This document shows, piece by piece, positions 49,134-59,100 of a stretch of DNA of 64,000 nucleotides. Every line of letters starts with the position of its first letter. The stretch's first letter is position 1. The stretch is from Haliotis rubra. Taxonomy: Eukaryota. Both the position numbers and the translations under genes were made by a program. The notes beneath the pieces were generated by a model that was not told where the DNA came from, made no database searches, and was given only the letters and a program-made list of their open reading frames with translations. The DNA lies in assembly GCF_003918875.1 (NCBI RefSeq), contig NW_025767479.1, forward strand, positions 1,302,001 to 1,366,000, given 5' to 3'.

Positions 49134-52100
49134 CGTGCGTGTGCGTGCGCGCGCGTGCAGAGGTGCGCACTCCCCCGCCCCCTTTTTGGTCCTGTAAGTA
49201 TATTAAATGACTCTTGAAACTCCCGTGAAAACGAAGTGGCATTCCCCCCTTTCTCAAAAGTGTGCACCCCCCTCCCCTTCTCAAAAGGCTGAATCAGCCC
49301 CTGGTCTTCTCGTTTCTTGGCTTACTTTCACGTATTTTCCATTATATTCTAATTATTTCAATCTTTTTTTCAACTTTCGATTTCTTATTGATATTTTTTC
49401 AAAATTTCTGCTATAGTGTCCCGTTTTTAAGATGCTGCATAATTGAAATAACGAGAAAATTATGTATGTAAAGAGGGAAAATGAGAAAATTTAAAGAAAT
49501 AAAAAGTGGCATCATTAGGCTTCCGTACGAAAGAATTTTTGGCGCACGGTGATCACGTCATGGCGGTTTTTGATTACAGTGGACAGACTGAGGAAGCTCG
49601 CGTGATAGATAAGAAGAATATATCCAAAAACGGTGGCAGTCAAGGTTGGAATTTGTCCCTAGCGACCTATGGCCGTTGTGAGAGGCGACATAGGCGGTCA
49701 GGCTCGCTGACAATAAGTGTGTGCCATCGTACCCCGAAAACAGGAGTCTTTGTCGTAACAGCAATCACTGATATGTATGAGACTCGATTTTACGAGGCTG
49801 AAGTCATGTATCTGTAATATGTTTGTGTAAAACAACAAACAAATAACGTACGGCATAAACCGCAGAAGTTTGCACAATTGTCCTTTGCCCATTGGGAATA
49901 CTGGCCACCACAGGCTGCCTTCCCGTAATCCGGACAGTTGTTGAGCTTGTCAGCACAGCTCCCGCCAAGAGCGCTGGTAGTTTCTGGAAGTGGAAGTTAC
50001 ATGACGTTAGAGTGTCGATTGTAAGCCATTAATATGAATATTATCATAACAAACACACATGTGATACCATCCATATCAAGCGTATTATATACACACAGAA
50101 CTCAGTTAAGCATCCACTGACATATCTCACGATTGAATGAGCCCCGATCTTAACCCTTTGGAGCATATCTGGGACATGACTGGTCGTCGTGTGCAACATA
50201 GGGATCCTCCTGGACAGAACCTGGCCCAATTGGAAGCCGTTTTACACGCGGAACAGACTGTCCCATCAGAGGATCAGAAGGCTGACAGGGGGTATGAGGA
50301 GGAGGGTGCTGGCTGTCATATAGTCACATTGAGTTTACACTCGGTATTGACCTTGAACCGTGTAAGAAACGAAAAATGACATTTTGAATGTTCATATTCA
50401 CCAATAAATTCAACATTAAACATTCCAGGGCCATAGCTGTAGAGACATGGTTTCGTATGAAAATCAGTAGGTTTTTTTAAATTAGCAATTATCATAACAA
50501 AATCTAACATGGACTCCAATCATTTTGTCGTTTTTTTATGAGTCAAAGGATCATACGGGTCAGAAAAACTCATGTTTGTCCATAGTTTTATGTAGGTGCT
50601 GAAAACATATCATTGCAAAAATAGAGGGGTGCTTAATTGGGGCTGCTGTTTATCGTTACTTCTCAAACCCTCCACAGGGGTAATAGTTTCCGTAAACATT
50701 TAACATGTAACTGACTTTTGTTTGATTTCTTGTTTTCCGTTTTATGCTGTTTGCATGGAAACACACTTTAATTCGGAAGCGGATTCTTTTCTACATATGA
50801 ATGGTTCGTGTTGTGTCACATATTATTATCATTAAGTCTCAATATCCATCGTTATTGTTTATCAGTATGGTTATGATAAGCTTCACTGATTGAGTTAACT
50901 CGTCATGCCAAAGATCCGGGTTTGATTCCCGATATGAGAACCACGTGTGAGATCAGTTTACTGGTGTCCTCGGTTACTAGAATATTGCAGAACGTGGCCT
51001 AAAGACCAATCAGCCAACAATCGGCGTTACTGATGCTACCATATGTATTGTCTTTGATTTATTGTAATACTTACGGCAAAGGTTACAGGTTTTTTGACAG
51101 TTAATCTGGGCGAACTCAACATAGGTAGAACACAGGTCACTTCCAAGGTCGGCACAATTTGGCAGCTTGTCCACACATTGTTGTGAAGAGGTACTGGTCT
51201 GTGGGCTTCCTCCTGCAGACATGTAACAGGAAGTGCCAGTGATTGGTATAAAGAACTAACCAGAGGAGCTCTTTATCATCAATGTCCTCAGAATTAGCTG
51301 TGATTATATAGATTGACTGTTATTAATGACGTTGCTTTGCACAATTGGTTTCCAGATCCAGTTTCTCACTGTGTAACCATAATGTTCACCGCTTGCCAGA
51401 CACAACGGAATCTCTATTCTCAAATGCAACACTGATCCTTATAAAACATAATCTGAATTTGCATCATACTTTTATTTCTAACCTTCAAAAACCGCATCTT
51501 TAGCTGTAGCGGATATCATTACAACCTAAATCTCCACAGAACACAATGAGTATTTGGTAAGCGCTTTTGTAATAATCTCAATATATGTATATACATCTGA
51601 TATATATCTGAAAGCATGAGTCACGGGGACATCCGGGTCAATCGTCGGGTCTAGCCATTGCCTACCGCTGGCATATAAGGGTCACCTAAGAAACGGTAGC
51701 CAACGGCAATACCCTTTTCTTGTAGGTGACCGGGGAAGTGGTAGTGGAACACACAGTGGCGTTGTATATGTTACAGTAAATATGTACAACCAGTAAAATG
51801 TATATTTACTGATTCCGTCAGAGATTATGTATATTTACTGATATTTTCTGGGAATATACATATTTACTGAAATCTACATTGATTCATTTTACCTTTGCTG
51901 ACATCAAGATCTAAGAAGATAGGACATATAAACAACGATTTGTTTGCTATATATATACTTACCACAGTAGGAGCGGTAGGGTAGCCTGGTGGTTAAAGCG
52001 TTCGATCGTCACGCTGAAGACCCGGGTTCGATTCCCCACATGGGTACAATGTGTGAAGCCCATTTCTGGTATCCCCCGCCGTGATATTGCTGGAATATTG

Positions 52101-53856
52101 CTAAAAGCGGCGTAAAACCAACCTCACTCACTCACTCACTTACCACAGTATCCACAGCAGTTAGCCTGTGCCCACTGCGTGTATGATGAACAAACGTCTT
52201 TCCCATAGCTCGCACAGTTCTGGAGTTTGTCTGTACATGCCTGGCGCTTCACGATCAAGCCTGATGCACAAATAATAATTATCATAATGATGATAATAAT
52301 GACGATTATGATAATGAAGACGGTGGTGTTTTAAAATCCATTTATGCAGCCCGGATCGAGTCACAAAATGAATGTTTATGACACAACACTGTTCTTACCC
52401 GTTCTTTAAGATAGTGTGAACTCAAATTTCATTCTGAGCTTACTGGCGAGTAAACTACCCAAATTGCCTAAAGATTCGCTAAGGGGTTTACAGTCATTTA
52501 CCATCTCATTCTACCGGGTACCCATTCACAGCTGAGTGAACAAAAGAATATTTCGCTTGAGGAGATAACACATGTAAGCTGTAGAAGGACCCATCTGACA
52601 ATTCTCAACAAACCGAATTGCTTTGTAGCATTGTCACTCACCCCGTGTCGCCACACATTCTCACAAGGCTATGTACAAACCAAACGAAATCAATAATCCT
52701 TCCACGGATTTTACTGTGAAGACACGAAAGGTATACCTTTTCAGTAAACTCAACCAAAGTGTTTTATAAAACCCAGATTGTATTCAGGGATAATTGGAAG
52801 GCTGGGATACTAAAGGTCAATGGAACAGTTTAGTGTGACCTTTAGTGGATCCTGACTCTCATCACTAACGTAGCCACTTCCAGGCGAAAAATAAATTTAC
52901 ATTTTCTTTTTAAATTTCTTTCGACTTAACCGTATAGCCTAGTGGTTAAAGAGCTCGCCCGTCACGCCGAAGTTCGAGTTCGATTCCCCTAATGGGTACA
53001 ATATACCAAGGCCATTTCTGCTGTAGCCGTGCTGGAATGTTGCTAAAAGCGGCGTAAAAAAGTATTCACTCACTTTTGATACTACACTTGTCGATAAGAG
53101 ACGAGGTTCGATTTTTTCCTTCGTTTATCGGTTGATATATATGCTACTTAAAGTGTGATGTTTTCTGTAAATGATGTTTAAGATGTGTTTGAGTGTAGAA
53201 AATACCAATAACCATTTGGAAGTGACAATGCCAAGCCAGATACCAATCATTGCAGTGCGAGATAAAGCGTGTCTTGTATCCATTAACCGTGATTAAAATA
53301 GACACCAGTAAAAAGTTTAACATGAGAAGCAAACAGATTCACTTGACATGACATTCAGTCTCATGCATAGTTCGTCTGGAAATAGGTTGTCAACTGGTAG
53401 CAGTTAAACATTTCGAAAGACGAGAACGACAATTATTTCAAGAGACTACTCGCCAAGAATCAAAATCCTAAATAGACATTAATTCTTTATAAAATGAATG
53501 AATAATTTAGGATTTCATCCCTGAGAAAAATGTAAATAATATCAACGAGTCTGCTCAACATGAGACAAAAACAGTAAGTAGCGCTACCAAGATCAGCTGA
53601 TCCTGGTATGCTTAAGGGACGCAATTCTGATCAGCTTCCGCATTTTAAACGACGTGCACGCTTTGCCCCAAATGTAATTTTAATGAAATTAATTATTTTT
53701 TTCTTAAATAATAAAACGTATCCTTGGTTTCAAATTCAATAGAACGCTGACAAATATCCATTGAAAACACTAAAGTTAGTAAGAATGGTTAAAGTTCGTT
53801 ATGTACTTACCCGATACGGAGGCTAGTAAAGACAGAAATATAACAAGTTTCGTCAT
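43360..53856 (-). CDS. Secreted cysteine-rich protein: signal peptide + 3 ShKT domains + 2 VWC-like domains, 9 exons, 303 aa
   Basis: Exons 53811-53856, 52144-52260, 51075-51212, 49852-49983, 48795-48821, 46471-46588, 45218-45309, 44361-44475, 43360-43486 join in phase (912 nt), all GT-AG. ShKT pattern CxDKLxNC...C...NCxxxCxxC; VWC-like CxxKGxxY..G..W.DGC..C.C...CC..PNC. Confidence 0.88.
43600..44321. repeat. 35-bp minisatellite (ATAGATGTTCAGGATCTCATTAATATGCAAAGGTC), ~20 units
   Basis: Directly visible in the last intron of the ShKT-VWC gene. Confidence 0.95.
44361..44475 (-). CDS. ShKT-VWC gene exon 8 (VWC 2, N-half)
   Basis: VCVYKGQSYQQGQTWVDGCDYRCTCTDGKTGHYECNS. Confidence 0.9.
45218..45309 (-). 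CDS. ShKT-VWC gene exon 7 (VWC 1, C-half)
   Basis: CATYKNLPAGCQMMKQPGECCAKPNCPNLN. Confidence 0.9.
45340..45655. repeat. Degenerate ~69-bp tandem repeat
   Basis: AGTGAAGCTTCTTTAAT..GGACTCTCGCTTTCCTGAA recurs 4-5 times. Confidence 0.75.
45823..46130 (+). repeat. ~148-bp tandem duplication containing a Tc1 transposase C-terminal remnant
   Basis: Two near-identical copies; ELGQALH(K/E)EWNIL-like translation; related remnant at 48130-48290. Confidence 0.65.
46471..46588 (-). CDS. ShKT-VWC gene exon 6 (VWC 1, N-half)
   Basis: KVCVFKGKTYNEGDSWADGCDKNCTCVSAQIGKYLCQS. Confidence 0.9.
47278..47707. mobile_element. hAT-like MITE
   Basis: TIR TAGTGGTG/CACCACTA; 8-bp TSD GTGTCCAG at 47270-47277 and 47708-47715. 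Confidence 0.8.
47818..48115 (-). mobile_element. SINE family A with the same upstream spacer as the 41095-41831 composite
   Basis: 47980-48115 is homologous to 41257-41292 plus 41664-41763. Confidence 0.75.
48795..48821 (-). CDS. ShKT-VWC gene exon 5 (27-nt linker microexon)
   Basis: TTCTTTTCAG| PANGAITGT |GTAAGT, phase 1-1. Confidence 0.7.
49081..49158. repeat. (GT)n/(GC)n microsatellite inside a MITE
   Basis: Directly visible. Confidence 0.95.
49852..49983 (-). CDS. ShKT-VWC gene exon 4 (ShKT 3)
   Basis: CADKLNNCPDYGKAACGGQYSQWAKDNCANFCGLC, phase 1-1. Confidence 0.92.
50137..50350 (+). pseudogene. Tc1-like transposase C-terminal remnant
   Basis: SPDLNPLEHIWD motif. Confidence 0.8.
51075..51212 (-). 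CDS. ShKT-VWC gene exon 3 (ShKT 2)
   Basis: CVDKLPNCADLGSDLCSTYVEFAQINCQKTCNLC, phase 1-1. Confidence 0.92.
51970..52137 (+). mobile_element. SINE family A, full length, inserted in the ShKT exon 2 donor
   Basis: 13-bp TSD ACTTACCACAGTA at 51957-51969 and 52138-52150. Confidence 0.92.
52144..52260 (-). CDS. ShKT-VWC gene exon 2 (ShKT 1, atypical)
   Basis: LIVKRQACTDKLQNCASYGKDVCSSYTQWAQANCCGYC, phase 1-1. Confidence 0.88.
53811..53856 (-). CDS. ShKT-VWC gene exon 1 (signal peptide MTKLVIFLSLLASVS)
   Basis: ACCATG start, hydrophobic leader, G|GTAAGT donor. Confidence 0.85.
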
Positions 53857-53913
53857 GGTTAATTGTAAGAGATGACTTGAGTGTTGCAGTGGATGAGGGG
53901 TGTCCGCGTTGGG

Positions 53914-53920
53914 TTATATA
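53914..53920 (-). promoter_or_regulatory. TATA box of ShKT-VWC gene
   Basis: TATATAA about 60 nt upstream of the ATG. Confidence 0.7.
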
Positions 53921-54452
53921 GCGATGCTCCACCTACCACAGTGATGATAAAGAGATTAGTTACAGATCCTGACAAGTCACCCCCGCCCATTTTGTATGTT
54001 CACCCCCATTGTTTGCCCGGAACTACCCCCACAAGCTGTGATTCACTCACTGATAATCACCCCCAGAAGCTGTTTGCAACAACGTCATTAGAGAAATGGA
54101 AAACTGACAAGTCCTGGAAGAAAAACAGGGTAGATTAGAAAGAGATTAACTACCCGTGGCGGTCCACCTTGTCTAATAGATGAGTATACTCCAAGTCATC
54201 ATGTTTATTTCGGATCCCAGTTTCGGTTAAAAAATGAACCGAAAACAAAATTCCTTCTAATTTTAAACTTTCCTGGTCTGTTACGTGATGTCTCCTTGTG
54301 AGAAGAAAAATGAGTTAGTCGGAATAAGCCAATTTCCACATGATTGAGTATGGCTTTACGCCGCTTTTAGCAATATTCCAGCAATATCACGGCGGGGGAC
54401 ACCAGAAATGGGCCGCCATGACTTTACTGCATCGCTATGTTCCTTCAGACTT

Positions 54453-54624
54453 GGGTCGGTGGGGTAGTCTAGTGGTTAAAGTGTTCAGTCGTCACACCGA
54501 AGACCGGGGTTCGATTCCCCACGTGGGTACAATGTGTGAAGCCCATTCCTGGTGTCCCCCGCCGTGATATCGCTGGAACATTGCTAAACCGGCGTAAATC
54601 CATACTCACTCACTCACTCACTCA
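54453..54624 (+). mobile_element. SINE family A, full length
   Basis: tRNA-like head and (ACTC)n tail; other copies at ~8710-8855, 15303-15437, 33565-33710, 34018-34140, 38865-39008, 48453-48558, 52935-53073, 56676-56765. Confidence 0.88.
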
Positions 54625-56093
54625 CAGTGAGTGTCATTGGTTTAATTTCCTCCACAATCACATTTCTCTGATTTGAGTGAATAATGTGAGTTTGGTTTAT
54701 CGGAGTTAACGGTGCTACATTTAAGTAACATTCTTGTGCACCAGCTTCTTCTGTGGGGAAAAGTCATAAGCGATGCAGGCCTTAAGTCTTACCACTTTGG
54801 TTACCCGTGAAGATCCGGGTTAGTACCATGCTTGTCGTAAGATCCCGTGGTCTGACTTTGTTGACGCATGTCATCGTGTTATCGTGCTCGATGCTTATGA
54901 TGTCGATCTTTGGGTTGTCTGGTGTGGAAATATACAGACATTCGCCATATTGCCTGAAGATTGCTGTGTGGTTCGTTAAATAGCAATCAAAGTTTGGTGA
55001 ATACGCTCGAATCTGTGACTATTGGTACCTTGCACTTAAATGATTAAACTCCCCACTGTTTTAAAGAGTTAGTAGCCATTTTTAGATGTGCTGCCATCAA
55101 TGTTTAATGAATGTTATTATTTTAATCATTGACGACAAATAATTAGTAGTTAGAAATCTTGAATTGTAGCAAAGGAAAACTTAACTAACAATTGGGTTTC
55201 AATTTTTGAAAATTACATAATTGAAATCTACAAGACGTGATATTTTCACAGTCAGACATGTGTCTGTTATATGTTCCGAGAGTATCAAGAAAAAACAAAC
55301 ACAGCTGTTCATAGTTCATGGAAATATCACTAGTAACACATTGTATCAGACATGTGAAGATCCGGGTCAGAATTGATCTTCAGCAACCCATGCTTGTCGT
55401 AAAAGGCGACTAACGGGATCGGGTGGTCAGGCTCGCTGACTTGGTTGACACATGTCATCGTATCCCAGTTGCTTAGATCGATGCCCATGCTGTTGATCAC
55501 TGGATTGTCTTGTCCAGACTCGATTATTTACAGACTGCCTCAATATAGCTGGAATATTGCTGAGTGCGGCGTAAAACTACACTCACCCACTCACTATATT
55601 TTCAAAGAGTATCAAGAAAGAAAAGAACCTATGTTCTTAGTTCAGTTATAGCTTATTGTATAAGATTCCAATGTTGGGTAGGATTTGGTTTCGGTCACAA
55701 TGAGTGGTTTAGCACAATGTCTGGTGTATTGGGGTAAGCAAAAGACTCGGGTGATATTTTTATTCTATTAACAATAGAATACCATATATTTTTCCAATAT
55801 AATTTTTCATTAAGTTGAGTTGAGTTGGGCTTTACGTCACATCGGCATTATTCCAGCAATATAGTGACGAGAACCAGTCTGCATTCATAAACATCTTATT
55901 ATTTTTATAAAAGTCCCTATACATCAGTACAAGCTGCACATATGGAAACAATTACGAATATATTTTATCATTACATTACATTTTTATAAACATAATGGAT
56001 ATTGCAGCTGGTTGCGACAGTGTGACCATTTAAATCAGAGGTCCATTACGTCATCGCCTGACATGCCTATCTATCGTGCTGCGCTCATGTTGG

Positions 56094-56100
56094 TATAAAT
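56094..56100 (+). promoter_or_regulatory. TATA box of the second VWC gene
   Basis: TATAAAT about 50 nt upstream of ATG 56147; CRE-like TTACGTCA at 56046-56053. Confidence 0.65.
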
Positions 56101-56146
56101 CAGGAGCCGAAGACGGAATCTAGGTAGATTACAAAGTAGTTCTAGC

Positions 56147-59100
56147 ATGGCGTTAGGTATAATCGCCGTGCTGTCGTGCTGCCTCGCCGTGTCTCTCGGC
56201 GCCGATGTTGTCAGGCAGATCACAGGTTAGTTAGGTGACGTCACCTACACGTTAACTTACGCCTTGGGGAAAATTGCTGTTTGCGAGTGTCGCATATACT
56301 GTACAATTAAATGTGTATCTGACAAGGCTTGCTATCTCTTGTTAGTCATTGTAAAGCTATGAGGAGTTGACGATATTAATTGTCACTTAATTTCAGGAAC
56401 GTTCTATCTTCAGGAGTATTTTAACAAGATAATGGGTTTTTAAATCGATTTTTAACACTGATGAATTCATTTTGAATTGATTAATTAACGAGTTGTTCCG
56501 AACTTAATGATTGTAAATTCACCTCTAATTAAGGTAAGGCCTCCGGGCCATTAATGTTACCTGATTATATGAAGTACATGTGAGTTCATACCTGTTCCAC
56601 CAACATACACAGTGTATTGTATCTAAATAACGGTAGTTTGTACACGAGAGCAATGACCGTTCTTAAACCCACAATGGTGGGGTGGGGTAGCCTAGTGGTT
56701 AAGGCGTTCGCTCGCCACGTCGAAGAGCCGGGTTCAATTCCCCACATGAGCGTAAAACTCACTCACTTAATCACTCACTTACTACCCGTGAAGATCCGGG
56801 ATAGAATAGGTCTTCAGCAACCCATGCTTGCCCTAAAAGGCGACTATGCTTGTAGTAAGAGGCGACTAACGGGATCGGGTGGTCAGGCCTGCTGGCTTAG
56901 TTGACACATGTCATCGGTTCCCAATTGCGCAGATGGATGCTCATACTGTTGATCACTGGATTGTCTGGTCCAGACTCGATTATTTACAGACCGCCGCCAT
57001 ATAGCTGAAATATTGCTGAGTGCGGCGTAAAACTAAACCCACTGACTCACAATGAATCTAAACTGAAGTACAAAAGAAAGTACACAGTCATTGTACATAT
57101 TTTAAAAAGGGTTTTGATTGTGAATGCAAGTCACAAACAGTGTGTACATGTTGTCAAAACACCACAGATAGCGAACCCACTTGAATACCTTGGTGCGTCT
57201 TAACTTTTAATCATAGTTAAAATATCCTGCAGACTGAACATGATACTTTGTGTTCTTCTTTAATGTGTGATAGATTATTTATTTACAGTATGTACATTTG
57301 CGTAAATTAATAAAGGCCGTTATGTTTCGAGAATATTTTCAAATACATGATATACACTTCATTGGACCCGTGAAGTTCTGGGTTAGAATTGATCTTCAGT
57401 AGCCCATGCTTGTCGTAAAAGGCGTATATCGGTATCGGGTGGTCAAGCTCGCTGACTTGGTTGACACATGTCATCGTATCCCAATTGCATAGATCGATGC
57501 TCATGATCACTTGAGTGTCTGGTCCAGACTCCATTATTTACAGAGCGCCACCATGTACGGCGTAAAGTTAAACTCACTCACTCACTACACTTCATTGGAA
57601 TCTTACACCTTACCTGAGAGAACATAGGTAGCAATGTAATGGTACTCTCGAAAACACGTAGACCAGCCTAATAACCACCGTGGTTTATATCCCGTTGTTC
57701 CATTCAAACATTCAACTTACCACAGACATGTCTAGTGTACAATTGACATTCGTACTTCAAACTCAAGTATCTTACATTCCTTGTTTACACCCAAGTACAT
57801 GTATCTAGTTTACATCTTACATTCCCACATGTCATTGTATCTCAATTGCGTAGATCGATGCTCAGCCATATAGCTAGAATATTGCTGAGTGCGGCGTAAA
57901 CCTAAACTCACTCACTCACTATCTACTTGAATGTTTCAGTCTGCACCTACAAGGGCAAGACTTACCAACAGGGGCAAAAATGGACTGAGGGCTGCGAGCA
58001 AAGCTGCGAGTGTGTCGACGCTTCCAGGGGATTCTACAAATGCAAAGCACTGTGAGGGTCTGGCAGCAGCTGGAACAATATCTGATTATTGGAACTGGCA
58101 GCTGGAACAATATCTGATTATTGGAACTGGCAGCTGGAACAATATCTGATTATTGGAACTGGCAGCTGGAACAATATCTGATTATTGGAACTGGCAGCTG
58201 GAACAATATCTGATTATTGGAACTGGCAGCTGGAACAATATCTGATTATTGGAACTGGCAGCTGGAACAATATCTGATTATTGGAACTGGCAGCTGGAAC
58301 AATATCTGATTATTGGAACTGGCAGCTGGAACAATATCTGATTATTGGAACTGGCAGCTGGAACAATATCTGATTATTGGAACTGGCAGCTGGAACAATA
58401 TCTGATTATTGGAACTGGCAGCTGGAACAATATCTGATTATTGGAACTGGCAGCTGGAACAATATCTGATTATTGGAACTGGCAGCTGGAACAATATCTG
58501 ATTATTGGAACTTGTCTGTTCAGTTAACTGAATATAGATTCGGATATAACAATTCCTAATCCAAATTCCAGTGGTAAAAGTGGTAATTGATCTTATAGAT
58601 CCTCTGATGTCTAGCATTACTCCCGCTGAGGTCAATTCGGGTATGTGAACATTATTCTCATTTCCAAGTGACAATCGACGTTTCTGTTCCTCCTCGATTA
58701 TCGGCGTAAGGTACAGCATTCGCCAAGCAGAGTTGCGTGCCTTGGGTACACCAGAAGCCTATGTTCCAGATTCACGTTTCTAGGGTTATCAGCACCAAAC
58801 CCGTGCACGTGGGGTTCACAAATATGGTAAACATGGAAGACGTGCAACACTTCTTAGTCTCACCCCAAATTTACAAGCTAAGCTGGCAATCCCCGATAAA
58901 GCGGAGTGTAAATCCCTCCTTCAAGCCAGCAGGTCCACTGACCTCTAGTCAGGAGTGACACAGTGATCCCCGAAGGATAGGTTTAAACAATTATCTTATC
59001 TGCACCACTGCTGTGACAATAAAGGTGTCCTTGCTATATCTGTATGTATCTATGTATTTTAGCTCAGTGTGAGAAGAAATCCCGATAAACAGACGCCCGT

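Noticed and set aside
52641-52667. Extra 27-nt exon in ShKT gene intron 1 (TAG...GG|GTGAGT)
   Set aside because: In the required phase 1 it contains an in-frame TGA.
58064-58511. CRISPR-like array of 32-bp repeats
   Set aside because: Units are contiguous with no spacers, in a eukaryotic intron, with no cas genes: a minisatellite.
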